Origin: an uncultured Mycoplasmatota bacterium
Lineage (GTDB): Bacteria > Bacillota_I > Bacilli_A > RF39 > UBA660
NCBI GenBank assembly: GCA_946498375.1
Contig: CAMMOI010000002.1
Span: forward strand, 1-60,452
Length of the DNA stretch: 60,452 nt
Reading direction: 5' to 3'
Shown here: in pieces, positions 19,769 to 29,936 of the stretch
Layout of the letters: each line of letters opens with the position of its first letter
How positions within the stretch are numbered: the stretch's first letter is position 1
The notes under the pieces: generated by a model
The model's database searches: none
What the model was told of the DNA's origin: nothing
Seen by the model: only the letters and a program-made list of their open reading frames with translations
Translations under genes and position numbers: made by a program

Positions 19769-22279
19769 TCAATTTTTTTTGCCTTTTTTGCCATTTATAT
19801 TGTAAATTATTGTTAATATTATACCTATTGCAGAAATAGTAAAGCCTAAAATTAAACCTCTTGGTATGTAATCTATTGTAATTATATTTTCTCCTTTATT
19901 TAATTTAATACCAATAAAAGTATCAAAAATTAAATCTGGATCAACTTTTTTACCATTCACTTTAATACGCATTCCTTTTTCATAAGGAATAGAAGTATAA
20001 AGATAATCATAATTTTCATCTTTAACATTAATTTTAGTCTCTAATAAATGTTCTTCATTTATTTTTATATCATTAAAATCATTATATGTAGATAATTTTT
20101 CCATAACATAATTGTAATCTTCTTCTTTCAAATATTTAAATTTTACTATATTAGAGTCTTCTTCACTTTGAACAAAGCTAATATCAAATTTAACTTTATC
20201 ACCTTTTTTTACATATAAATATGAACTATTTAATGTAACTTGCTCATCATTTATATAAACATTAGCACTTGATTTTATATCTCTGTATTGTGGAATTATA
20301 AACATATTTTCTGAGGCAGTAAAACTTACTATTGCTTTTGCTTCTTCATTAATATCAATTTTATCGTATTCATCATAATCTTCATTATAAGCACTATTTT
20401 CTAATTCTATTTGGGCATCAGTAATATAGTAATACAATTTAAGTTCTTCATCTATCATATCTCCATAAATTTTTTCGATATTACTATGAAACTCATTTTT
20501 TGAAAGTTTAGTATCTTTAATATTTTCATTAACTAAAAAAGCTACAGATAATGCATTAGGATTTTGATATAAATTATTTGCCACCATTGAATAATAGTAT
20601 AAATTAGAACCATTAATAAAATATTTAATATTAAATAAAGACATCAAATATGGATCAAAAGATTTTAGTGAAATACTACAATGACTATCTACAATAAAAT
20701 TTAAATAATATTCAGCTAAGTTAATAACTTTTTGATTACGTAATGAGTTAAAATAACTAATTCCATTATAATTAAATAGCATACCATCATTAGAAGTGTA
20801 ACTATCTACCAGTTCTGCTCTATAAAAACTATTATCTAATTGTTTCATAGCATCAACAGTTTTAGAAATAGAATCTTTTGTAATTTTATCAAAAGCCAAG
20901 GTATCTTTATTATTGTTTTCTTTTACATTTATAAATGTATTTAGTCCTAATTCACAAAATATTAATATTAAAATTATATATTTATATTTAGAATTTTTAC
21001 TTTGAAATAAGAAAATATAGTTAATTAATAACAAAATAGAAAAAATTACTATAAATATTCGATATTTTTCTAAATTACTTACTTCTTTTCCAAGCCAAAT
21101 ATAACCAAGAACTATAAAAAGCGTAATGACTACAAATATAAAACATTTAATTAAAATATGAGGTTTGCATTTATTAAAATGCATTAAATTTTTATAAGCA
21201 AGTAACATTAAAAAGAATGATAGGGTAAATGAATAGCGATGTTGCCACCATACTGGACGTTGAAAAAATTGCCATGAATAATCTACTAAATTAAACGTGT
21301 AAGATAATAAATAATATGCCAAAATAATTCCACTAATAATTTTAACTTTAAATTTTATATCTTTATTAAAGAAAAATAGTATTGCTTGAACTACAATAAA
21401 TAAAGTACAAAAATTTTGAGCATAACCATAAGCCACTTGAGAAGAATCATAATTTCCAGGAATAAGAGAATAAATTACATATTTTATATTTTTATTATAA
21501 TCTAAATATTTAGTAAAACTGCTATCGGTGTATCCTTGTGATTTGCCATTTATTAGGGTAAAAAAACTAGGAACTAATACTATAGCTGAAATTAAAATTA
21601 CTAAAAAAGTAGCTATTAAAAATTTTTTTATTATTTGTTTATCTTTATATTTGTTAGTTTCTATTAGTTTATAAATAAAATAAATAATACTAAATATACC
21701 AATCATATATCCGGTATAAAAACATAAAATAATAGCTATACTAAAAGTAATTAAGTAAAAATTAATTTTCTTTTTATCAACAATGTCATTTATACCCTTA
21801 AGTACTAACGGCAACATAATTAAGCCATCTATCCAAAATGTATTATAATAATAAGTGGAAATAAATCCAATTAAAGCATAAATAATACTAAAAACAATAG
21901 ACCATAATTTTTCAGTCTTTTCTTCATGAGATAAAAAATATTGCATTGCAAGAGAACATAAACCGAATTTAAGACTTATAATTATATAATAAAACGTATT
22001 ATATTGATTTATATCAAAAAATTTAATTATCCAATAAATTGGATTTACCAAATAATAAGTAAATGTTCCCAAAAAATTAAATCCAAGACCTAAATTAAAG
22101 GAAAAAAAATCAAAGTTTTGTAAACCGTAAAAAAATCCTTGGTATTGAACTCTAGAATCGTATATACTAATTAAATATTCTCCTAAAGGAGCAATATTAT
22201 TAATTAGTAAACAGATATTAAAAATAATAATAGGAACAAAAAAACATATTAAATATCTTAATACTTTACTTCTTTTCAT
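19769..22279 (-). CDS. YfhO-family (GT-C type) membrane glycosyltransferase
   Basis: About 836 aa. The N-terminal polytopic region has YfhO-type motifs (D.R.QY..FF ... GLGFNF.GTFTYYL.NP). Large extracytoplasmic C-domain and a final TM helix. Start uncertain (GTG 22288 or ATG 22279). Confidence 0.75.
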   Translation of the reverse strand: MKRSKVLRYLICFFVPIIIFNICLLINNIAPLGEYLISIYDSRVQYQGFFYGLQNFDFFSFNLGLGFNFLGTFTYYLVNPIYWIIKFFDINQYNTFYYIIISLKFGLCSLAMQYFLSHEEKTEKLWSIVFSIIYALIGFISTYYYNTFWIDGLIMLPLVLKGINDIVDKKKINFYLITFSIAIILCFYTGYMIGIFSIIYFIYKLIETNKYKDKQIIKKFLIATFLVILISAIVLVPSFFTLINGKSQGYTDSSFTKYLDYNKNIKYVIYSLIPGNYDSSQVAYGYAQNFCTLFIVVQAILFFFNKDIKFKVKIISGIILAYYLLSYTFNLVDYSWQFFQRPVWWQHRYSFTLSFFLMLLAYKNLMHFNKCKPHILIKCFIFVVITLFIVLGYIWLGKEVSNLEKYRIFIVIFSILLLINYIFLFQSKNSKYKYIILILIFCELGLNTFINVKENNNKDTLAFDKITKDSISKTVDAMKQLDNSFYRAELVDSYTSNDGMLFNYNGISYFNSLRNQKVINLAEYYLNFIVDSHCSISLKSFDPYLMSLFNIKYFINGSNLYYYSMVANNLYQNPNALSVAFLVNENIKDTKLSKNEFHSNIEKIYGDMIDEELKLYYYITDAQIELENSAYNEDYDEYDKIDINEEAKAIVSFTASENMFIIPQYRDIKSSANVYINDEQVTLNSSYLYVKKGDKVKFDISFVQSEEDSNIVKFKYLKEEDYNYVMEKLSTYNDFNDIKINEEHLLETKINVKDENYDYLYTSIPYEKGMRIKVNGKKVDPDLIFDTFIGIKLNKGENIITIDYIPRGLILGFTISAIGIILTIIYNINGKKGKKN

Positions 22280-22333
22280 ACTAATCACTATCTAATAGTA
22301 ACAAACAAAAAAGTATTTTTCAATTTAATATGT

Positions 22334-22582
22334 TTATTCTTCTTCAAAAAACTTATCCATGGTTACATTTAAGACAATAGATATTTGATACAGCCTGTAT
22401 AAAGAAATTCCTTCTTTTCCTTTTTGAGATTCAAATCTTCTTAAATAATCAGGAGACATAGATATATCTACTGCTAATTGTTCTTGAGTAATACCGGCTT
22501 TTTTTCGATATTTAATAACATTAGTAGCTATTACTTCTTTAATATTTTCATTAAATTGAAAATCTCTTTTAAAAGTTGTCAT
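22334..22582 (-). CDS. XRE-family HTH transcriptional regulator
   Basis: IKYRKKAGITQEQLAVDISMSPDYLRRFE is a Cro/C1-type HTH. ATG at 22582 follows GGTGAAAG. Confidence 0.75.
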   Translation of the reverse strand: MTTFKRDFQFNENIKEVIATNVIKYRKKAGITQEQLAVDISMSPDYLRRFESQKGKEGISLYRLYQISIVLNVTMDKFFEEE

Positions 22583-22753
22583 AACTTTCACCATTTATAA
22601 TTTTAGCTAAAAGCATAAAATTATTCTGTTAAGTACTACTTATGGCAATAAAAGAAAATTTTGATCTAGATAATTCATAATTTTGTTTAACAACTTGATT
22701 GAATTATAATTATTTGATAATATTTTATATAGATAGAATGAGAGTAGATAACT

Positions 22754-24259
22754 ATGAAGCCAAAAATTTCTAAAGGATTACGTATTTGTGTATTTATAGT
22801 GTTAATAGTTGTTTTAATTTTGGGACTTTCGTATGGATATATGTCTTTTAGTTCTTCTCAAGAAGAAGCTAATCTTTTAAAAAGTGCTTGCTTTGATGTT
22901 ACATATCAAGAAGACGTAGAAGGCGTTAATATGAAATATTACATACCTATAAGTGATGAAGATGCTATGAAGCAAGATGCTTATACAATTACACTAACTA
23001 ATAATTGTCAAGAGCCATTAACATACGATGTGTATTTAAATATTATGAGCGAAAGTTCTACACCTGATAGTATAATTAGAATGAATTATAATGATGAAAT
23101 CGCAAATTTAACTGATTTTAATCAAACTACTGCCCAAGTAAGTGGGGCAAAAAGAGCATATAAAATATCAACAGCTTTTATAGCCCCGGCTCAAACTACA
23201 ACGTTAAGTTTTAGAACCTGGATGTCATCAGAAGTTACAACTGAAGGTCAAAACTCTCAATTTGTTAATAAAATATCAATTAATACCAACGCTATTGAAG
23301 AAAATTTATTAGCAAATAAAATTTTCACTTCTAATACTTTAATAACAGCTACGCCTGATTTTAGTAAAGGCGAGCCACCAAGTAGTACTAGTGTAACTAA
23401 TACGGGAAGTGGTCTTTATATGGCCCAAGATGATGATGGTAATAGTTACTATTTTAGAGGAGCGATAAGTAATAATTATGTGTCCTTTGCCGGATACACG
23501 TGGCGAATAGTGCGTATTAATGGTGATGGAACAGTTAGATTGATTTTAAATGGGGATACTGGAGAGCTTGTTAGTTTTAATAATAACGTTATAAATCATA
23601 AAAATATTGCTTACACATATGATAATACAAGTGCGTGTACGATAAATTCACCATGTATTAGCACATATCATAGTACAACTAAAATATTTACTAATAACAA
23701 AAATGTAACAAATAGTACAATAAAAGAATATTTAGAAAACACTTGGTATCAAGAAATAGCCAATTATGACAAATATATAGCCCAGGGAACTTTTTGCAAT
23801 GATACTAGCATAACTAATTCTTCAGGGACAACTAATTATTATGGTGCTTATCAAAGAGTATACGTTGATAATGAGCCTACTTTAAAGTGTCCCGCTACTG
23901 ATCAAACTTATGGAGGGTATTATAAAAGCAAAATAGGATTATTATCAGTTGATGAATTAGTAATGGGTGGATACAGTATAGAAGGAAACACTAATAATAA
24001 TTTTTTATATTCCAGTGATGGTAGCTTTTGGAACATGAGCCCTGGATTTTCTGAAAGTTCAACTGTATATTCTGGAGGAGTTTTTAATGGTAATACTAAC
24101 GGTAATGTAGATAGTTTTAATGTATTAAACGGTTTAAGTGGTAGTTATTTATTTACTTCTGATAAGCTAGGTGTTCGACCTGTTATAAATCTAAGATCGG
24201 ATGTAGCCATCGCCTCAGGAGATGGAACAGAATCTAATCCTTATGTAGTTGAAACTTAA
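22754..24259 (+). CDS. secreted modular protein: SipW-type signal, TasA-like module, then a C-terminal domain of unknown function
   Basis: Signal CVFIVLIVVLILGLSYGYMSFSS. Module motifs YTITLTNNCQEPLTYDV and GQNSQFVNKISI. The C-domain has YTWRIVRINGDGTVRLIL, KIGLLSVDELVMGG, FWNMSPG and LGVRPVINL. Confidence 0.6.
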   Translation: MKPKISKGLRICVFIVLIVVLILGLSYGYMSFSSSQEEANLLKSACFDVTYQEDVEGVNMKYYIPISDEDAMKQDAYTITLTNNCQEPLTYDVYLNIMSESSTPDSIIRMNYNDEIANLTDFNQTTAQVSGAKRAYKISTAFIAPAQTTTLSFRTWMSSEVTTEGQNSQFVNKISINTNAIEENLLANKIFTSNTLITATPDFSKGEPPSSTSVTNTGSGLYMAQDDDGNSYYFRGAISNNYVSFAGYTWRIVRINGDGTVRLILNGDTGELVSFNNNVINHKNIAYTYDNTSACTINSPCISTYHSTTKIFTNNKNVTNSTIKEYLENTWYQEIANYDKYIAQGTFCNDTSITNSSGTTNYYGAYQRVYVDNEPTLKCPATDQTYGGYYKSKIGLLSVDELVMGGYSIEGNTNNNFLYSSDGSFWNMSPGFSESSTVYSGGVFNGNTNGNVDSFNVLNGLSGSYLFTSDKLGVRPVINLRSDVAIASGDGTESNPYVVET

Positions 24260-24325
24260 TATAATGATTTAGTAATTCATAAAATATTATGAATTGCTTT
24301 TACTATTAAAGAATAGAGGTATATT

Positions 24326-27300
24326 ATGAAAATTAAAGATGGAAATAAAGCAGTATCTGATGTTGCTTATCTTTTTAGTGAATTATGTGCAATTTATCCT
24401 ATAACGCCATCTTCTCCAATGGCATCTAATATAGATAATTTAGCTATTAAAAATCAAAAAAATATGTTTGGGGATACAGTTAAGGTTATTGAAATGCAAA
24501 GTGAGGCAGGAGCGGCTGGGACTTTACATGGTGCTTTAAGTGCTGGAATATTAGCTAGTACTTTTACATCATCTCAAGGATTACTTTTAATGATTCCTAA
24601 TATGTATAAAATAGCCGGGGAAATGTTACCAGCTGTATTTCATGTTGCAAGTAGAAGTATTTCGACTCATGCTTTATCAATATTTGGCGATCATCAAGAT
24701 ATTTATGCAACTAGACAAACTGGATTTTGCATGTTAGCTTCTTCCTCTGTAGAAGAAGCTCAAAGTATGGCTGCCATTGCTCATTTATCTGCAATAAGTT
24801 CTAGCTTGCCTTTTTTACAATTTTTTGATGGATTTAGAACTAGTCATGAAATTAATACTATTGATGATTTTCCAACTGATAAAATTATTAATTTAGTTGA
24901 TAAAGAAAAAATTAATGAATTTCGCTCTAGAGCTTTAAATGTTGGAAATAATATTCAAAAGGGAATGGCTCAAAATGAAGACATTTATTTTCAAACTACA
25001 GAGGCTCGTAATTTAAATTATGAACAAGTTCCTAACATAGTAGAAAATTATATGGATAAGATTAATGAAATAATGAATACTAATCTAAAACCATTTAATT
25101 ACTATGGTGATAAAAATGCTGAGAATATTATTATAGCTATGGGAAGTGTTTGTGACACTATTAGATTGGTTGTAGATGATTTAAATAAAAAGGCTCAAAA
25201 AGTAGGAATGATTGAAGTTCATTTATACCGACCTTTTTGTAAAAATTATTTAAAAAAGGTATTACCAAAAAGTGTAAAAAATATTGCTGTATTAGATAAA
25301 ACAAAAGAAGCTGGTTCAATTTATGAACCACTATGTTTAGATGTTATTGCCTCATTAAAAGATATGTCTTTAAATATTGTTGGCGGAAGATATGGATTAT
25401 CTTCTAAAAATGTTTCACCAGCTCAGATAAAAAGTGTTTTTGATATGTTAAAAAATAAATTACAAGATCACTTTGTAATAGGAATAGTAGATGATGTAAC
25501 TAATTTAAGTTTACCACTGTCTGATTATAAATTAAATGTAAAGGCAAATGAAGTTGTAGTTTACGGTTATGGTAGCGATGGAATGGTAAGTGGATGTAAA
25601 GAAATAGCAACAATTGTAAATACTGTTAATAATAAATTTGTTCAAGCTTATTTTGAATATGATTCTAAAAAAAGTGGCGGGGTTACTAAAAGTTCTTTAA
25701 GAATTGGCAAAGAAAAAATTAAAGCACCATTTTACATTGATAATCCTAAATGTGTAGTCATTACTAAAGATGATTATTTACATATGTTTGATACTATATC
25801 TAATATTAAAGAGTATGGGTTAGTTTTATTAAATACAACTCATGAAAAAGATATAGATGATTTCTTACCTAACAGTTTTAAAAAAAATATTATAGATAAG
25901 CATTTAAAATTGTTAGTTATCGATGCTTATAAGATAGCAAATAAATATAATTTAAGTGGTAAGATCAGTAAAATTATGGAAATTATTTTATTAGAATTAT
26001 TAGGTGTTAGTGATGCTATAAGCATTTTAAGTGAACAAATAAGGCAAAAATTTCAGACTAAAGGTAGGGATGTAATTGAAAATAATATTAAAGCAATTGA
26101 AAACACCTTAGATAAAGTGGTTTTAATAGATGAAGATTTAAATGTAATTGATGAAAAGCCTCATTTTAGTCATAGTATATTTGATATAATTGAAAGAAGA
26201 GAGGGAAACACTCTAAAGGTAAGTGATTTATTAGAGTATGCAGATGGTGCAATTCCTTGTTCATTTTCTAAACATAGCAGTAGTGTTAAAGTAAGTAAGA
26301 TTCCACACTGGAAAAGTGAAAATTGTATTCAGTGTGGAAAATGCTCTTTTGTATGTCCTCATGGAGTTATAAGACCATTTATTGTTAAAAAGGGAGGAAT
26401 ACCTTTACTTGGTGATAAAACTAATTTAAAACAATTTTTAATTGGCATTAATGGAGATAAGTGTACTGGATGTGGTTTGTGCATTAATGTTTGTCCAGGA
26501 ATTTCTAATAAGAAAGCTTTGAGCTTTGGTAAAAATACAACATCAACTTATGTTAAAGAACTATTTGAAAGTCATGAAAATGAAGTTCCAGCTAATATTT
26601 TCAATGTAAAAAACAGTCAATTAATGAGACCAAAATTTTGTTATTCTGGAGCTTGTGCTGGTTGTGGTGAAACCTCTTATATAAAATTGTTAACGCAGTT
26701 ACTGCAAGAAAAATTAATTATAGCCAATGCTACTGGATGTTCAAGCATATATGGTGGAAGTATGCCAAATACAGTGTATAATATTCCTTGGGCAAGTAGT
26801 TTATTTGAAGATAATGCTGAATTTGGTTATGGGATTTATATGGCTTATAAAACATTACGAAATAGAATTAGAAATTTAATGACTAGCACTTATGAGTATG
26901 TTGATGAACAAGTAAAAAAAGAGTACGATAAATATTTTAATAATTTTGATGATTATAAAATTACTTTACAAGTAAAGCAAAATCTAGAAAAAAGTAGTAT
27001 TCCATCTTCTTTAAAAAAATTGCTTAATTATATTCCAGCCAGAGATGTATGGTGCATTGGTGGTGATGGTTGGGCATATGATATTGGCTTTAGTGGTATA
27101 GATCATATTTTATCTAGTAATGAAAATATTAATATTTTACTTTTAGATACTGAAAGTTATTCTAATACTGGAGGCCAAGCCAGTAAAGCAACAAGTAAAG
27201 GAGCTATAGCTGAATTTGCTAGCAATGGTAAAAAGACTAATAAAAAAGATTTATTTAAAATGGCTATGTCTTATCCAAATGTTTATGTTGCAAGTGTTAG

Positions 27301-27667
27301 TTTAATGGCTAATAATAATCAATGTATCAAAGCTTTTAAAGAGGCAATTGAACATAAAGGCCCATCAATAATTATAGCTTATAGCACTTGTATTGAGCAG
27401 GGTATTAAAAGTGGAATGGCTACTTCTTGTAATCAGCAAAGCGCTTTAGTAAATTGTGGATATTTACTTCTTATGCGTTATAGTAATAATAAATTATATT
27501 TAGATTCTAAAGAACCAGATTTTGAAAAATACGAAGAAGTCTTAAATCAAGAAGTAAGATATAATGCTTTAATGATAAAAAATAAAAAGCAAGCCCAAAC
27601 TTTGCTTGCTTTAAATAAACAAAATGCGATTGATCGATATAACTATTTTAAAAACTTAGCAGAATAA
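24326..27667 (+). CDS. nifJ: pyruvate:ferredoxin (flavodoxin) oxidoreductase
   Basis: 1113 aa. N-terminal PFOR domain (AYPITPSSPM). Two 4Fe-4S ferredoxin motifs (CIQCGKCSFVCPH and CTGCGLCINVCP). TPP-binding GGDGWAYDIG. Confidence 0.9.
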   Translation: MKIKDGNKAVSDVAYLFSELCAIYPITPSSPMASNIDNLAIKNQKNMFGDTVKVIEMQSEAGAAGTLHGALSAGILASTFTSSQGLLLMIPNMYKIAGEMLPAVFHVASRSISTHALSIFGDHQDIYATRQTGFCMLASSSVEEAQSMAAIAHLSAISSSLPFLQFFDGFRTSHEINTIDDFPTDKIINLVDKEKINEFRSRALNVGNNIQKGMAQNEDIYFQTTEARNLNYEQVPNIVENYMDKINEIMNTNLKPFNYYGDKNAENIIIAMGSVCDTIRLVVDDLNKKAQKVGMIEVHLYRPFCKNYLKKVLPKSVKNIAVLDKTKEAGSIYEPLCLDVIASLKDMSLNIVGGRYGLSSKNVSPAQIKSVFDMLKNKLQDHFVIGIVDDVTNLSLPLSDYKLNVKANEVVVYGYGSDGMVSGCKEIATIVNTVNNKFVQAYFEYDSKKSGGVTKSSLRIGKEKIKAPFYIDNPKCVVITKDDYLHMFDTISNIKEYGLVLLNTTHEKDIDDFLPNSFKKNIIDKHLKLLVIDAYKIANKYNLSGKISKIMEIILLELLGVSDAISILSEQIRQKFQTKGRDVIENNIKAIENTLDKVVLIDEDLNVIDEKPHFSHSIFDIIERREGNTLKVSDLLEYADGAIPCSFSKHSSSVKVSKIPHWKSENCIQCGKCSFVCPHGVIRPFIVKKGGIPLLGDKTNLKQFLIGINGDKCTGCGLCINVCPGISNKKALSFGKNTTSTYVKELFESHENEVPANIFNVKNSQLMRPKFCYSGACAGCGETSYIKLLTQLLQEKLIIANATGCSSIYGGSMPNTVYNIPWASSLFEDNAEFGYGIYMAYKTLRNRIRNLMTSTYEYVDEQVKKEYDKYFNNFDDYKITLQVKQNLEKSSIPSSLKKLLNYIPARDVWCIGGDGWAYDIGFSGIDHILSSNENINILLLDTESYSNTGGQASKATSKGAIAEFASNGKKTNKKDLFKMAMSYPNVYVASVSLMANNNQCIKAFKEAIEHKGPSIIIAYSTCIEQGIKSGMATSCNQQSALVNCGYLLLMRYSNNKLYLDSKEPDFEKYEEVLNQEVRYNALMIKNKKQAQTLLALNKQNAIDRYNYFKNLAE

Positions 27668-27906
27668 AAAAAGAAACTGCCCCCCTGAAGAGCAGTTTCC
27701 AAAAAGAATAAAAAGGGGTTGGCTAGTGTGATACTAGCACCAATTCGCCTTAAAAGTGAATTGGTGCCTTATATACTAATGGAAAAGGTGTGAAAAGTCA
27801 ACACTTTTTTTTAATTTTTTAACTTTTTTAAATATATCTCTTTTTGGTTTTAAAAGATAGACAAATAAATGTTTGTTTTATATAATAAAATTATAAGTAA
27901 GGTGTT

Positions 27907-29898
27907 ATGATGCAATTAGAACAAATCTCAGGAATTGGCCCTAAGATGTTAGAAAATTTAGCAAAGTTAGGAATAAATTCATTTGAAGAGTTAATAACTT
28001 ATTATCCATATAAATATTTAGTGTTAAGACCTAATTCTATTTACTCTTTGGAAAATGGTGGGGTATTAGTAGGGAAAATTGATAGTATTGCAAGAGTAGT
28101 TTATATTAAAAAAAATTTGAATTATTTAACATTTAGAGTTAATAGCAATAATAATTTAGTAAAAATAATTATTTTTAATAGAGCCTTTTTAAAATCAAAA
28201 TTAAAAATTGGCAGTGATATAACTTTAATTGGAAAGTATGATAAACAGAAAAATACTTTTACAGCAAGTGATATTCGTTTTTATAAATTAACTAAAACTT
28301 TAATTGAACCTAAATATCATTTAAATAGTGGTATTAAAAATAATAATTTTCTTAAAATAATTAATAACGCTTTAGTTCAAAACTTTGATTTAGTAGATTA
28401 TATTCCAGTATATTTATCTAAGACATATAATTTTTTAGATAAAAAAAATGCTGTTAAAATAATGCATAAGCCTTTAACAAGTGCTAGTTTAAAACAAGCT
28501 AAGTTAAGACTAATATATGAAGAATTATTTGTATTTACATTTAAAATTAATTATTTAAAATTCAAAAATACAATTAATTCGAGTAGTTTAAAAAGAGATA
28601 TTGATTGTGAGCAAATTAAATCATTTATTGATCAGTTACCTTTTGCACTTACTTCAGATCAAACTACAGCTGTAGAAGAAATTATAAATGATTTTAATAG
28701 TAAAAAAAGAATGAATAGATTAATTTTGGGGGATGTTGGTAGTGGTAAAACGATTGTAGCATTTATTGCTTTATATGCTAATTATCTAAATTCATATCAA
28801 GCAGCTATGATGGCACCTACTGAAATTTTAGCTAAACAGCATTATGAGGCAATAAATAATATTTTTTCTAATTATAATATTAAGACTGCTCTTTTAATAG
28901 GAAGTTTAACCAAAAAAGAAAAAGTAAAAATAAAATCTGATATTTTAAATAATAAAATTGATATTTTAATTGGTACTCATGCTATTTTATCAGAAGATTT
29001 AGAATTTAAGAACTTAGGTTTAGTTATAACTGATGAACAACATCGTTTTGGCGTAAACCAACGAAGTTGTTTGCAAAATAAAGGCCAAAAACCTGATGTA
29101 TTATATATGAGCGCTACGCCAATTCCAAGAACATATGCCTTAAGTTTGTATGGTGATATGGATACTTCACTTATTAAAACTAAACCTAAAGGACGTAAGC
29201 CGGTAAAAACTATAGTAAAGAAAAATGCTGAAATAAAAGATGTTTTACATCAAGTATTAGAACAATTAAAAATGGGTCATCAAATATATATTGTAGCTCC
29301 AACTATAGATCAAAATAGTAATGAATTAGAAAATGTAAATCAGTTAAAAGAAAAATTTAATAAAGCTTTTAATAATATTGTTAAAATTGGAGTATTACAT
29401 GGTAAGCAACAGCCATCATTAAAAGAACAGATAATGTTAGACTTTAAAAATAAAAAATATAACATTTTAATTTCTACGACAGTAATAGAAGTGGGAATTG
29501 ATGTAGAAAATGCTACGATGATTATTATTTTTAACGCAGAACGTTTTGGTCTTGCAACACTACATCAATTACGTGGAAGAGTAGGTAGAAATTCATTTGA
29601 TTCTTTTTGCTATTTAATTAGTGATCAAAATCCAGAACGTTTAAAAGTTTTAGAGAGTAGTAATGATGGTTTTTATATAAGCGAGCAGGATTTCAAACTT
29701 CGTGGTGAAGGAGATTTGTTTGGAACTCTTCAAAGTGGAGATATGAATTTTAAAATAGCTAATTTACAAAGAGATTACAAAATCTTAATTCAAGCTAAAA
29801 AGGATTCTTTAGAGTTTTTAAAAAATAATATTGAAAGTAATTTTAAAAATGAAAAAATATATTCAAATATTATATCTAAAATGGATTTAATTGATTAA
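27907..29898 (+). CDS. recG: ATP-dependent DNA helicase RecG
   Basis: Wedge/OB N-domain. Walker A GDVGSGKT, DEQHRFG, TATPIPRT and QLRGRVGR. Confidence 0.9.
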   Translation: MMQLEQISGIGPKMLENLAKLGINSFEELITYYPYKYLVLRPNSIYSLENGGVLVGKIDSIARVVYIKKNLNYLTFRVNSNNNLVKIIIFNRAFLKSKLKIGSDITLIGKYDKQKNTFTASDIRFYKLTKTLIEPKYHLNSGIKNNNFLKIINNALVQNFDLVDYIPVYLSKTYNFLDKKNAVKIMHKPLTSASLKQAKLRLIYEELFVFTFKINYLKFKNTINSSSLKRDIDCEQIKSFIDQLPFALTSDQTTAVEEIINDFNSKKRMNRLILGDVGSGKTIVAFIALYANYLNSYQAAMMAPTEILAKQHYEAINNIFSNYNIKTALLIGSLTKKEKVKIKSDILNNKIDILIGTHAILSEDLEFKNLGLVITDEQHRFGVNQRSCLQNKGQKPDVLYMSATPIPRTYALSLYGDMDTSLIKTKPKGRKPVKTIVKKNAEIKDVLHQVLEQLKMGHQIYIVAPTIDQNSNELENVNQLKEKFNKAFNNIVKIGVLHGKQQPSLKEQIMLDFKNKKYNILISTTVIEVGIDVENATMIIIFNAERFGLATLHQLRGRVGRNSFDSFCYLISDQNPERLKVLESSNDGFYISEQDFKLRGEGDLFGTLQSGDMNFKIANLQRDYKILIQAKKDSLEFLKNNIESNFKNEKIYSNIISKMDLID

Positions 29899-29936
29899 AA
29901 AAAGGGTATATAATATAGTTATTAGAGGTGAAGAAG

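Noticed and set aside
19542-19805. ORFs antisense to the subunit genes: 19542..19805 (+), and likewise 30611..30799 (-) and 31221..31553 (-).
   Set aside because: They lie entirely or mostly opposite well-supported genes and have no RBS. Their hydrophobic translations simply mirror the signal-peptide codons. They are shadow ORFs.
27673-27699. Hairpin GAAACTGC/GCAGTTTC as the intrinsic terminator of the PFOR gene.
   Set aside because: No T-run follows it on the plus strand (CCAAAAAG). I kept it only as part of the structured-spacer observation.
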